The notes beneath the pieces are model-generated. The model saw only the letters and a list, made by a program, of their open reading frames with translations. It had not been told where the DNA came from and did no database searches. This document shows, in pieces, positions 18,806-28,669 of a DNA stretch of 64,000 nt. The position numbers and the translations under genes were made by a program. This DNA is from an uncultured Candidatus Saccharibacteria bacterium (GTDB lineage: Bacteria > Patescibacteriota > CPR2 > UBA1875 > CAIMLA01): positions 2,185 through 66,184 of the forward strand of contig CAZXMN010000001.1 of NCBI GenBank assembly GCA_964641375.1. The letters are read 5' to 3'. Position 1 is the first letter of the stretch, and each line of letters opens with the position of its first letter.

Positions 18806-20041
18806 ATGAAAAAAGAAGAAGAATCTACAACAGAAATATACAGGAAGCAAAAGAACACCAAGATACTTATCGGTGCGGTGATTTTCTTGTCATTCCTTTT
18901 TGGCTGGGCTTTTGGTCATCTAGATTTTCAAGCTCAGAATGCTGGACTTTCCTCAACTATCATCAACAAGGATAACTCTGCCGTTGATTTTGGCATTTTC
19001 TGGCAGACCTGGGACAAAATCACCGGTGAGTTCGATGGCAAGATAGACACTCAACAAATGATTTATGGTGCTGTCAGCGGAATGGTAAATTCTCTTGGTG
19101 ATCCATACACGGTCTTCATGACCCCAGATCAGACAAAATCCTTCAACCAAGACCTGTCCGGTAGTGTTACCGGTATCGGCGCTGAAGTCGGTGCGAAGGA
19201 TAGTCGCGTCATTATAGTTGCTCCACTTGCTGGTTCACCGGCAGACAAAGCCGGCCTCAAAGCCCAGGATATCATCCTCACAATTGATGGAGTGGATACT
19301 ACCAACATGGACCTGAACACTGCAGTAACAAAGATTCGTGGTAATGCCGGAACCACAGTGAAGCTCCAAATCCAAAGGGGGGATAAGAAACTCGACTTCA
19401 CTATTACCCGTGCTACTGTCGAGACGAAGAGCGTCACCTGGGAAGTTAAGAACAACAACATCGGCTATATCCAGATTTCTCAGTTCGATAGTAATACTTC
19501 AGACCTGATAAAACAGGCTACAGCCGATCTCAAGTCCAAAAACGTGAAGGGAATTATTCTCGATTTACGTAATAACCCGGGTGGATATCTGGATGCCGCC
19601 GTCACGGTTACTAGCGAATTTCAACAAAGTGGTACTGTCGTCACCGAGAAGCCAACTTCTAGGACTGGCACTGAGCAGAAATTTACTGCTACAGGTAAAG
19701 GTAATCTAATGGATACTTCTATCCCGATGGTCGTTCTCGTAAATGGTGGTTCGGCCTCTGCTGCAGAAATTGTCTCAGGCGCTTTGCACGACAATGGTAG
19801 AGCTACGCTTATCGGCGAGAAAACTTTCGGTAAAGGTTCAGTTCAATCTGTTGAGGACCTTCCAGGGGGTGCCAGTCTCCGCGTGACTATCGCTCACTGG
19901 TTTACGCCAAAAGGCGTCAACATCAACAAGGCCGGCATTTCACCTGATATCCAAGTGACTCTGAGTGATGCCGATGCTAACGCCGGTAAAGACCCACAAA
20001 TGGATAAAGCTATAGAGTTCGTAACAAGCAAAATTAAGTAG
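18806..20041 (+). CDS. ctpA: C-terminal processing (tail-specific) protease, S41 family with PDZ domain
   Basis: PDZ segment GSPADKAGLKAQDIILTIDG and S41 core VVLVNGGSASAAEIVSGAL. Confidence 0.85.
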   Translation: MKKEEESTTEIYRKQKNTKILIGAVIFLSFLFGWAFGHLDFQAQNAGLSSTIINKDNSAVDFGIFWQTWDKITGEFDGKIDTQQMIYGAVSGMVNSLGDPYTVFMTPDQTKSFNQDLSGSVTGIGAEVGAKDSRVIIVAPLAGSPADKAGLKAQDIILTIDGVDTTNMDLNTAVTKIRGNAGTTVKLQIQRGDKKLDFTITRATVETKSVTWEVKNNNIGYIQISQFDSNTSDLIKQATADLKSKNVKGIILDLRNNPGGYLDAAVTVTSEFQQSGTVVTEKPTSRTGTEQKFTATGKGNLMDTSIPMVVLVNGGSASAAEIVSGALHDNGRATLIGEKTFGKGSVQSVEDLPGGASLRVTIAHWFTPKGVNINKAGISPDIQVTLSDADANAGKDPQMDKAIEFVTSKIK

Positions 20042-20049
20042 GAGAATCC

Positions 20050-20493
20050 ATGAAACTGTTATTTTTACAAAGTCTAGAACACAACAAAGTCGGTGATATC
20101 AAAGATGTACCAGATGGCTATGCGCGCAACTATCTACTGCCAAAAGGCATTGCTGTACCGGCAACTCCGGAGAAAGTTGCCGAATTAGAATCAAAAATGG
20201 CGAAGATCCAAAAAGAAGAAGAAAAGGTTCTTACTGACTTGCAGGCTATCGCTGACAAAATTGAAGCTAAAACATTCACCGTTGAAGCTCAAGCTGGTGA
20301 AGAAGACAAACTCTTTGGTGCAGTCACAAATAGAGACCTAGCTGAGGCTCTTGCCAAGGATAAGATTGAAATAGAAAAACAAGAAATAGAGATCCAGAAC
20401 CCTATCCACGAGCTTGGCGAACACGAAGCCTTGGTCAAGCTAGGTCATGGCGTTCACGCTACCATGAAGGTGAAGGTCGAAAGAGCGAAATAG
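20050..20493 (+). CDS. rplI: 50S ribosomal protein L9
   Basis: N-terminus MKLLFLQSLEHNKVGDIKDVPDGYARNYLLPKG, about 147 aa. Confidence 0.9.
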   Translation: MKLLFLQSLEHNKVGDIKDVPDGYARNYLLPKGIAVPATPEKVAELESKMAKIQKEEEKVLTDLQAIADKIEAKTFTVEAQAGEEDKLFGAVTNRDLAEALAKDKIEIEKQEIEIQNPIHELGEHEALVKLGHGVHATMKVKVERAK

Positions 20494-20495
20494 CC

Positions 20496-20524
20496 TTGAC
20501 GAATAGGCACTTTTCCGTTATAAT
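20496..20524 (+). promoter_or_regulatory. Sigma70 promoter TTGACG-N17-TATAAT upstream of rpmA
   Basis: Near-consensus hexamers with 17 nt spacing, seen in sequence. Confidence 0.55.
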
Positions 20525-20552
20525 TTTTTAGTCTTATATACAGGAGTAACCC

Positions 20553-20834
20553 ATGTCACATACAAAAGCAGGCGGTAGTACAAGAAACGGACGCGACTCT
20601 AGGTCTCAGAGACTTGGCGTGAAGCTTTTTGGTAGCCAAACAGTCAAGGCTGGCGAGATTATCGTACGTCAACGCGGCTTCAAGTGGCATCCGGGTGAAA
20701 ATGTAGCCGTTTCTGGTGACGACTCACTCTATGCAAAGATTTCTGGAATCGTCGAATTTACTGAGAAACGCCTGACAAAGTTCACTGGACACAGAGTCCG
20801 TAAAACTATCGTCAACGTCACACCAAACAAATAA
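20553..20834 (+). CDS. rpmA: 50S ribosomal protein L27
   Basis: N-terminus [16 protein letters not shown], 93 aa. Confidence 0.92.
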   Translation: MSHTKAGGSTRNGRDSRSQRLGVKLFGSQTVKAGEIIVRQRGFKWHPGENVAVSGDDSLYAKISGIVEFTEKRLTKFTGHRVRKTIVNVTPNK

Positions 20835-20837
20835 TAC

Positions 20838-20866
20838 AAGGCCCTACGGGGCCTTTTTTATAACAT
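20838..20866 (+). terminator. Rho-independent terminator after rpmA
   Basis: AGGCCC/GGGCCT stem plus TTTTTT. Confidence 0.75.
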
Positions 20867-20885
20867 TTAGTGCTATAATCTAAAT

Positions 20886-21728
20886 ATGAAATTAGGCGTT
20901 CACGTATCATCAGCCGGAAAGATAGACCAAGCCGTCGACAGAGCGGTAGCTCTTGGTTGTAATACTTTTCAGGTTTTTATTTCTAACCCCAGGGGTTGGC
21001 GCCCAACCATGATCCCTGATACCGATGTACGAAACTTCAAAGAGAAGTATCAAAAGACCAGTATGCAAGGAGCAGTTGCTCACGCCATTTATCTTATCAA
21101 CCTAGCGTCACCAAATAGTTACCTTAGAGAGCAATCTATAGAATCTCTCATTTCCAGCTTAGTAAATGTAGAACGTCTAGGACTCTCCGGATTAGTCACA
21201 CATATAGGCTCACATCAGGGTGATGGCTTAGAGATAGGCATAAGTCGTGTAGTGGAAAGCCTTGATCAAATCCTTACTGATACTACTTGCTGCGCTATGC
21301 TTCTTCTCGAGAATACAGCCGGTGCCGGCAACCTAGTAGGGAAGACTATCAAAGAAATTGGCGACATCCTCAGAAAAGCAGACTCAGAACGTTTAGGATT
21401 TTGTCTAGATACGGCTCATGCTTTTGAATATGGATATGAATTGAATACTGCCGCTGGACTAGAGGCATTAGTTACAGAGATTGAAAAAGAAATCGGACTC
21501 GATAAACTTCGTGCAATTCATCTCAATGACTCCATGACAGACCTTGGTAGTAATAGAGATCGACACGAAACATTCGGTAAGGGCTTCATTGGCGAAGAAG
21601 CCATGGTCAGAATTATTAACCATCCAAAGCTTCGAGATAAACCCTTTATTATGGAAACTCCAGAGATCAACAAAGGAGAATCTGGCCGACAAATTGTCAA
21701 TCATGTACGATCCCTCTGGAAGGTCTAA
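20886..21728 (+). CDS. nfo: Endonuclease IV (AP endonuclease family 2)
   Basis: TIM-barrel Nfo N-terminus MKLGVHVSSAGKIDQAVDRAVALGCNTFQVFISNPRGW, 280 aa. Confidence 0.85.
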   Translation: MKLGVHVSSAGKIDQAVDRAVALGCNTFQVFISNPRGWRPTMIPDTDVRNFKEKYQKTSMQGAVAHAIYLINLASPNSYLREQSIESLISSLVNVERLGLSGLVTHIGSHQGDGLEIGISRVVESLDQILTDTTCCAMLLLENTAGAGNLVGKTIKEIGDILRKADSERLGFCLDTAHAFEYGYELNTAAGLEALVTEIEKEIGLDKLRAIHLNDSMTDLGSNRDRHETFGKGFIGEEAMVRIINHPKLRDKPFIMETPEINKGESGRQIVNHVRSLWKV

Positions 21729-22672
21729 TGAACAAAATAATTTATCAGGATAAACCTCTTTACCCAAAGCTTTTGTGGCAAAGGCCAGTTCACTTCTATA
21801 AAGCCGAGGCGGGTAAGATTTTGGTACTCGCAGGTTCAAAGGGCATGACTGGAGCTGCAATACTCACTTGCGAGGCTGTTTTCCGCAGTGGAACCGGTAT
21901 TTTGATCCTCGGTTTCCCAGAAGGTCTCAGATCTATTTATAGCGAAATACTACCGGAGGCCATGACTCTAGAATTACCAGAAACCCCCAGTGTGTCACTT
22001 GCCAAAAAGGCTGATACACTCATTCTGGAAAACGCTAGAACCTGTGACGTTGTCATTATTGGCCCCGGCTTGTCTCAGAATGCAGAAACTATTCAGCTAA
22101 TATGGGAACTTATCTTCGCTATCGATAAACCAATAGTCCTAGATGCCGACGGTATCACTGCCTTAGCGAAAGGGATTGACGTGATGAGGACTCATGAAAG
22201 CGAAGAGTTTCTCGAAAATTATTTCGCCAAAAAACCGGGGCAACTAATTATCACACCACATCCTGGCGAAGCTGCCAAACTGGCTAGCGCTCTTAGACTT
22301 GATAAAAAATATGTGAGTAAATACATTGAAAATCACAAATCTGAAGCTGCAGAAATTTTGGCAGAGAAATTAGGTTGTATCGTCGTTCTGAAGGGTCACA
22401 ACACGGCGATAGCCACAAATATGGGTAAGACAATAATCACACGCCTAGGGGGCCCAGAACTCGCCACAGCTGGTTCTGGAGACGTTTTGTCTGGCGTTAT
22501 CGGTTCATTTATAGGACAAAACCCTGGTAGACTAGTTGAAGCAGCTACAACCGCTGTTTATCTACATAGTCTTGCAGGTGTTATCGCAAAAGAGAAAATT
22601 GGTGAACGAAGCGTTATTGCTTCCGATATCATCAGATATTTACCTGAAGCAATTAAAAAAGCCGAGGAATAA
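21728..22672 (+). CDS. nnrD: ADP-dependent NAD(P)H-hydrate dehydratase (YjeF C-terminal domain family)
   Basis: GSGDVLSGVIGSF motif and carbohydrate-kinase-like fold typical of YjeF-C/Nnr2. Confidence 0.8.
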   Translation: MNKIIYQDKPLYPKLLWQRPVHFYKAEAGKILVLAGSKGMTGAAILTCEAVFRSGTGILILGFPEGLRSIYSEILPEAMTLELPETPSVSLAKKADTLILENARTCDVVIIGPGLSQNAETIQLIWELIFAIDKPIVLDADGITALAKGIDVMRTHESEEFLENYFAKKPGQLIITPHPGEAAKLASALRLDKKYVSKYIENHKSEAAEILAEKLGCIVVLKGHNTAIATNMGKTIITRLGGPELATAGSGDVLSGVIGSFIGQNPGRLVEAATTAVYLHSLAGVIAKEKIGERSVIASDIIRYLPEAIKKAEE

Positions 22673-22691
22673 ATCCACGGTTGAAGGTCCT

Positions 22692-22778
22692 TGGTGGGCA
22701 AGGAGGGGGTCGAACCCTCAAGAGATTGCTCCCATAGGTGTTTGAGACCTACGCGTATACCAGTTCCGCCACTTGCCC
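22692..22778 (-). tRNA. tRNA-Leu (anticodon CAA), type II with long variable arm
   Basis: Cloverleaf folded by hand. Acceptor GGGCAAG/CTTGCCC, anticodon loop CUCAAAC, T-arm GGGTTCGAACCC, encoded CCA. 87 nt. Confidence 0.85.
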
Positions 22779-22852
22779 AAAAAAGGTCACCAAATTCCAC
22801 CATACTGACATTTAGCCCAAGCGCCAGCAACAAGAGATATTATAGCTGAGAA

Positions 22853-23860
22853 GTGGCATTTGGTCAACAAACTATGTATGATATGAGTATGTTAAAAGAA
22901 CCAACTATACATCAACTGGAACAACTTCTTGAGGCATTTCGTGCCCAAGGTGGTACCGATGCTGAGATTAATACTCTCGCTCAAGACATAATTAGGGATT
23001 TCAGACCGGAAAAGCAACGCTCCGCAGCCGAAGTTTTTGGTACCGAACAGCATCCAAGCATTAGAAAGATTACGGATTTCAAAAAAGATCCTTCGTCACC
23101 AATCAAAGAAGCCATTTCTAAGTTCTGGAATCATTGGTATACAAAATACCCAATAGTTTTTATCAGTGCCTTTGTCTTGATTTTTGTCGGGTCAAATTTG
23201 CCTCTGTATATAACAAAACTGCAACCTACGAAGACTGTCGTGAAAGAGGTAGCGTCAACAAAAGTACTGGTCCAGAATATGGACAAAAGCGCGCCACTAG
23301 AACCGGGTGAAGTAGTGCCATCATATCCGACTCTGGTTATACCAAAACTCGGAGTCACTGCTCCAATTCTTTTCATCAATACCTATGACGAAGCAACAAT
23401 TGAGGATAATCTTCGCAATGGCGTTGTTCACTATTACCAGACAGCCGAGCCGGGAAAAGTTGGAAATACATTTATCACCGGTCATAGCTCAAACTATTGG
23501 TGGAAAACAGGTGCAGATAATTATATATTTGCCAATTTGGATAAACTAGCGGTTGGTGATCAAGCCAAGATATATTACGAAGGCAACAAGTTCCTGTACC
23601 AGATAACGGAAATCAAGGTTGTTGATCCAACTGACCTTAGTGTTTTAGAACAAACAAGCAAACCAACATTGACTTTGATGACCTGCACACCACCAGGAAC
23701 TAGTTGGAAAAGACTAATAGTGAAATTTGACCAAATCGCACCTGTTTACAAAGCGCCAACCTTAGTAGAAATCCCAACAAGCCAAAAGAATCTGCCTAGC
23801 ATATTGCCGAGTAGCGACACGAGCCTTTTGGACTGGATAGCTAAAATATTTAGATTTTAG
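22853..23860 (+). CDS. Sortase (class E-like transpeptidase)
   Basis: TM anchor, catalytic His (FITGHSS) and the TLxTC active-site motif (LTLMTCTPPG). Confidence 0.8.
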   Translation: MAFGQQTMYDMSMLKEPTIHQLEQLLEAFRAQGGTDAEINTLAQDIIRDFRPEKQRSAAEVFGTEQHPSIRKITDFKKDPSSPIKEAISKFWNHWYTKYPIVFISAFVLIFVGSNLPLYITKLQPTKTVVKEVASTKVLVQNMDKSAPLEPGEVVPSYPTLVIPKLGVTAPILFINTYDEATIEDNLRNGVVHYYQTAEPGKVGNTFITGHSSNYWWKTGADNYIFANLDKLAVGDQAKIYYEGNKFLYQITEIKVVDPTDLSVLEQTSKPTLTLMTCTPPGTSWKRLIVKFDQIAPVYKAPTLVEIPTSQKNLPSILPSSDTSLLDWIAKIFRF

Positions 23861-25299
23861 AACTCAGAAATATATCTATAGAACGAAATTTTATTATCTG
23901 TAGATTTTGTCGAATAGATAATATTATTGTTCCCCTGATCAAGATCAGAATTCACGGTAGTACCATCAGAAATGGAAACTTTATTCGAGCCGTCAAAATC
24001 AATTACGTAGAGCCCCTCGTCAGAATTCACAATGTAGTGGTTCTCGTCAAAGTACCAATCAACCGAAAGGGTGATATCGGATAAAGAAGCAGCGACCTCT
24101 TTATTCTTTTCCCAATCATAACGCTTTACGAAGTTCGTCCCGAAATAGTTCAGCTTCTGACCGTTCTTTGACCAATCAAAACCAAGAACATCACTAGACA
24201 TTTTAAGTGAGTACTTCTTGACGGCATTGCCGATATAGTAGGCGTTGAGTTCTTTGGTATCGTTATTAAGAACGGCAACGATATTGTTTTGAGTAGAAAA
24301 TCCAATCTTGTAACTCACACTTGGGGCGATACTATCAACCAAAGTTTCTTTCTGAGTACCATCTAAATTCATCTTGCTAAGAACATATGTGCCGTTCGCA
24401 TTCTTGGCGACATAATAAATCAGATGATTATCGGCGATATTCAGAGAGACAACATCGGTTGCAATCGGATTACCTAGACTCGTATCATTTACATTCACGA
24501 GATAAATATTTTCACCATCTCTCATGAATAGTTCATTATCGTTTGATGGATTCCACCAACTCTCGGCAAAATTTTTGCCAAGAACTGTGCTAAGTTTAGT
24601 AAGTTTAGGTTGAGAACCGGTAGCGTCCGCAATCACGGACTCAACTTTGTCACCATTCTTAACCATGACTAGAAGTCTGTCATTACCGGAGCTGTACTCA
24701 GCGGATACAATCTGAGGAGAAGTCAGCCAAGTATCGGTGATTCCAGTTTGCGGCCAGAAATCTTTCACAGATAGGTTATTCGTATCTACACTCCTCAGAG
24801 TAAAACTAGACTGTGAAGAATCTGAAAAAAGTAGGTGACGACCGTTTAGACTCTGAGCAATCATCGTGCCGGTTGGAACGTCAACTTTGTTTACGTTTAA
24901 TTTCTCAGCAAAAAGTAATACATAATTTGCCCAAGTAACCATGTTCGGGGTTATTTCTAAATGATCTTCCCAAGTTCTATAGCCAGATTTTTTGATTTGG
25001 ACGTCATAATTACCGGGATTGAGGCCAGAAATCTTGGCCGGTAAAAGATAAAAACCACTTAAGGTTTTACTGTCTTTTCCGTTCAAAAATATCTGCCCAT
25101 TAAATGGTCTGCTGGTGACAATCAACATCCCTGTTTTTACTAAGCCGACTTTGCCGCCATTAAAGGTGAATCTATAACCCTGGGCCATGATTAAAATAAC
25201 CGTTAGTACAGCTAAAAACAGTAATCCTCCAAAGGGATAGATTACAAACCTCGTAAATTTACCTGGTCTGTAGTGCTTTTCTGTAACCATCGAGAACAT
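23857..25299 (-). CDS. Membrane-anchored PEGA-domain protein with beta-propeller-like repeats
   Basis: N-terminal TM, PEGA-like segment (NPGNYDVQIKKSGYRTWEDHLEI), and a long beta-rich repeat region. Confidence 0.5.
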   Translation of the reverse strand: MFSMVTEKHYRPGKFTRFVIYPFGGLLFLAVLTVILIMAQGYRFTFNGGKVGLVKTGMLIVTSRPFNGQIFLNGKDSKTLSGFYLLPAKISGLNPGNYDVQIKKSGYRTWEDHLEITPNMVTWANYVLLFAEKLNVNKVDVPTGTMIAQSLNGRHLLFSDSSQSSFTLRSVDTNNLSVKDFWPQTGITDTWLTSPQIVSAEYSSGNDRLLVMVKNGDKVESVIADATGSQPKLTKLSTVLGKNFAESWWNPSNDNELFMRDGENIYLVNVNDTSLGNPIATDVVSLNIADNHLIYYVAKNANGTYVLSKMNLDGTQKETLVDSIAPSVSYKIGFSTQNNIVAVLNNDTKELNAYYIGNAVKKYSLKMSSDVLGFDWSKNGQKLNYFGTNFVKRYDWEKNKEVAASLSDITLSVDWYFDENHYIVNSDEGLYVIDFDGSNKVSISDGTTVNSDLDQGNNNIIYSTKSTDNKISFYRYISEF

Positions 25300-25358
25300 A
25301 TTATAGCGTATTTTCTATATAATTGCTAACTTTAGTATTTACTGCTAGAATATTTTGG

Positions 25359-26621
25359 ATGGAAAAACTTGTTATAAACGGACCCTGCAGTCTCAAGGGA
25401 GAAATCACAGTAAGCGGTTCCAAGAACGCGGCCCTACCGATTATTGCTGCAACTATTCTCGCAAAAGGCAAATATAAGATCTCAAATGTTCCAATGATTT
25501 TAGACATTGAGCACATGCTTAATATACTTGAAGGCATTGGGGCGACAACAAAACTTGAAAATAATGCTTGTGAGATAGACACCACTGCTATTAACTCCTT
25601 TGAGCCCGATGCTAAAATGGTTAGAAATATACGTGCTTCTATCCTCTTACTTGGACCACTCCTGGCTAGATTCAAAGAGGTGATTATCGCTCAACCAGGC
25701 GGTTGTCTTATTGGTGCTCGTCCAGTAAAAACTCACCTTGAGTCACTTGGAGAACTAGGCGCCAAAGATGTTAACGGCAGAGATTCATATCATTTGAAGG
25801 CTGATCGGCTTATTGGTAAGAAAATTGTTTTAAATGAGTTTAGTGTTACCGGAACTGAAAATCTGATTATGGCATCTGTTCTCGCTGAAGGTAGAACTGA
25901 GATTAGGCTTGCTGCGACCGAACCCCACGTTGTGGACCTCTGCAATTTCCTTTGCAAAATGGGAGCCAAAATAGAAGGAATCGGTTCTCACAATCTTATA
26001 ATCACGGGTGTAAAAGAGTTAGTGCCGACCGATTATTCTGTCATCCCTGACCAGATAGAGGCTGGGACCTTTGCGATTGCCGCCGCTGCTTCCAGGGGAA
26101 ACATCAGAATTAAGGGCTTTGTAGAAGATCATCATGAAATATTGTTAAAAAAACTTGATGAAGCCAATGTAAACTTTAGTTTCGTCGACAAAGATGTCCT
26201 TGAGGTTCGACTCTCAACAAATATTAAACCGGTGAATATTCGAACTGACATTTACCCTGGTTTTCCGACTGATCTCCAGGCACCGTTTGGCGTGCTTATG
26301 ACACAAGCTGAGGGTACTAGTAGTATCTACGAAACTTTATTTGAGGGTCGCCTAAATTACCTTGATGAACTAAACAAAATGGGTGCCGATTGTATTCATC
26401 AGGGCGCGCATGAAGCTACAATAATTGGTCCTACACCTCTGCATGGCACAACCATTGAGAGCTTCGATCTTCGTGCTGGAGCCACATTGCTAATTGCATC
26501 CTTTATTGCTCAAGGTGAGAGTATTATCGAGAAAGCCGAAATAATTGATCGAGGCTATGAAAAAATTGATGAACGTCTGAACGCTTTGGGCGCTAATATC
26601 CGCCGAGTTAGCGAGAACTAA
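25359..26621 (+). CDS. murA: UDP-N-acetylglucosamine 1-carboxyvinyltransferase
   Basis: MEKLVINGPCSLKGEITVSGSKNAALPI N-terminus. Start moved to the internal ATG at 25359. Confidence 0.9.
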   Translation: MEKLVINGPCSLKGEITVSGSKNAALPIIAATILAKGKYKISNVPMILDIEHMLNILEGIGATTKLENNACEIDTTAINSFEPDAKMVRNIRASILLLGPLLARFKEVIIAQPGGCLIGARPVKTHLESLGELGAKDVNGRDSYHLKADRLIGKKIVLNEFSVTGTENLIMASVLAEGRTEIRLAATEPHVVDLCNFLCKMGAKIEGIGSHNLIITGVKELVPTDYSVIPDQIEAGTFAIAAAASRGNIRIKGFVEDHHEILLKKLDEANVNFSFVDKDVLEVRLSTNIKPVNIRTDIYPGFPTDLQAPFGVLMTQAEGTSSIYETLFEGRLNYLDELNKMGADCIHQGAHEATIIGPTPLHGTTIESFDLRAGATLLIASFIAQGESIIEKAEIIDRGYEKIDERLNALGANIRRVSEN

Positions 26622-26652
26622 TCGGTTGCTCTAAAACCGTTTTTCTGCTAGA

Positions 26653-27663
26653 ATGACAAACGTGTTAGCAAAAAGAATCGGAATTGATCTAGGAACTGCA
26701 AACGTGCTTGTATATGTCCCCAAAAGGGGCATTGTTATCAATGAGCCATCTGTTGTTGCCGTCTCCGAAGACAATAGAGTTCTCGCGGTTGGAAACGAAG
26801 CCAAAGAGATGGTTGGACGTACTCCGGATACTATTACTGCATATAGACCGCTTCGCGACGGTGTTATTGCCGATTATCGTGTTACAGAAGCTATGATTCA
26901 CTATTTCATTAATAAAGTTAGCGGCAATATTCGCCTCTTTAGACCGGATGTGATGGTTTGTGTTCCGGCTGGAGTAACATCCACAGAGAAGAGAGCGGTT
27001 ATCGACGCAACCAAAGCTGCCGGTGCCAAAAACGTTTATATTATTCCAGAGCCGGTTGCCGCTGCAATCGGAGCAGATGTACCAATCGATTCTGCCGCCG
27101 GTAATTTAATTGTAGACATTGGTGGTGGCACGACAGAAGTCGCCGTTATTTCACTTGGCGGTATTGTTGCCGCTACCTCAGTCCGTGTCGGTGGTAATCG
27201 ACTTGATCAATCAATTGCCGATTACATCCGCAAGAAATATGGCCTTGCCATTGGGGACAGAACTGCAGAAGAGATTAAAATTGAAATTGGTAGTGCTCTG
27301 CCAAGCGAAAAAGAAAAAACCATGGAGATTCGCGGCCGTGATATGATCGCGGGACTGCCAAAAACTATTACTATTTCATCGAACGAAGTCACTGAGGCTA
27401 TGCAGAACGAGATTGAGAAGATTATCCTGGCCGTTCGAAATGTGCTTGAGCAAACTCCACCTGAACTTTCTAGCGACGTTATCGATAGGGGAATGGTTAT
27501 GACGGGTGGCGGTTCACTCCTGAGAAATCTCGATAAACTACTTACTAAGGCAACTGGTATCCCAAGCTATGTTGCTGAAGACGCACTATTCTGTGTCGCC
27601 AAAGGTACCGGTGTCGCTCTAGACAACCTTGATGATTATAAACGAAGTGTACTCGCGAAATAA
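26653..27663 (+). CDS. mreB: Rod shape-determining protein MreB
   Basis: Actin-fold ATPase N-terminus GIDLGTANVLVYV, 336 aa. Confidence 0.92.
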   Translation: MTNVLAKRIGIDLGTANVLVYVPKRGIVINEPSVVAVSEDNRVLAVGNEAKEMVGRTPDTITAYRPLRDGVIADYRVTEAMIHYFINKVSGNIRLFRPDVMVCVPAGVTSTEKRAVIDATKAAGAKNVYIIPEPVAAAIGADVPIDSAAGNLIVDIGGGTTEVAVISLGGIVAATSVRVGGNRLDQSIADYIRKKYGLAIGDRTAEEIKIEIGSALPSEKEKTMEIRGRDMIAGLPKTITISSNEVTEAMQNEIEKIILAVRNVLEQTPPELSSDVIDRGMVMTGGGSLLRNLDKLLTKATGIPSYVAEDALFCVAKGTGVALDNLDDYKRSVLAK

Positions 27664-27682
27664 TATTTGATACACTAAAGAT

Positions 27683-28651
27683 ATGAAAACACTTTACGTA
27701 AAAGATTTAAAAGCAAATGACAGCCTCTTCGGCGAATTTTTCGCTATAAAAAGTTTCCAACGTAAGGTCGGTAAAAATGGAGAATTTGCTGATCTTGTAC
27801 TTTCCGATAAAACTGATGAGATTAAGGCAAAAATGTGGTCAGAGGCTCTTACCAAAGCTGAACCGGTGACTGAAGGAGAGATAGCTGCAGTAACAGCAAC
27901 CGTTCAGGATGATCCAAAATACGGCAAACAACTGATTATTACAGATATGGTTAAGGCAAAAGACTTCGATGCAAGTGATTATATGGCCACATCAAAGTTT
28001 GATATTGAAAAAATGTGGCTGGAACTCTCAGTATTTAAATCAAAAATAAAGAATAAATATCTGAAAGCTACTCTAAGTGCGGTTTTTACACCCGAGGTTG
28101 TAGATAGTTTCAAAACTTCAGCTGCTGCAATGTCTGTTCATCATGCTTATCAAGGTGGTCTTCTGGAACACACGCTAGAAATGCTCAAGATGAGTGATTC
28201 TCTTTCTGAAAGCTATCCAAAGCTAAATAAGGATATGCTTATATCTGGAATTATCCTTCATGATTTAGGTAAAATTGTTGAATACGAGACTGGACTTACA
28301 ATCAATATCTCCACGCGAGGCAAACTGCTTGGCCACATCTTTATTGGAGCTGAAATGGTCCAGGCTGCGGCCCCTAAGGACATACCGGAAAATCTTCTGG
28401 ACGAACTGCTACACATGATACTTAGTCATCATGGCGAACTGGAATTTGGTAGCCCAGTCAAACCAAGGACTGTAGAAGCAATTGCCATTTCTCGTTTCGA
28501 TGATACTTCAGCTAAAATCAATGCCTCCTATAATATGATTCAAAACCTTAGCGAAGGAACCGAATTTACCGCTTATCATCGTCATCTTGGCGTAGAGCTA
28601 TATCGTTCACCTTATCTCGACGAGTTAGTTAACGAAGATTTACCTTTTTAA
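27683..28651 (+). CDS. YhaM-like 3'-5' exonuclease (OB-fold plus HD domain)
   Basis: N-terminal OB fold and HD motif (HHAYQGGLLEHTLEM...ILHDLGK). Confidence 0.65.
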   Translation: MKTLYVKDLKANDSLFGEFFAIKSFQRKVGKNGEFADLVLSDKTDEIKAKMWSEALTKAEPVTEGEIAAVTATVQDDPKYGKQLIITDMVKAKDFDASDYMATSKFDIEKMWLELSVFKSKIKNKYLKATLSAVFTPEVVDSFKTSAAAMSVHHAYQGGLLEHTLEMLKMSDSLSESYPKLNKDMLISGIILHDLGKIVEYETGLTINISTRGKLLGHIFIGAEMVQAAAPKDIPENLLDELLHMILSHHGELEFGSPVKPRTVEAIAISRFDDTSAKINASYNMIQNLSEGTEFTAYHRHLGVELYRSPYLDELVNEDLPF

Positions 28652-28669
28652 AAATAATTTTGGAGGGGG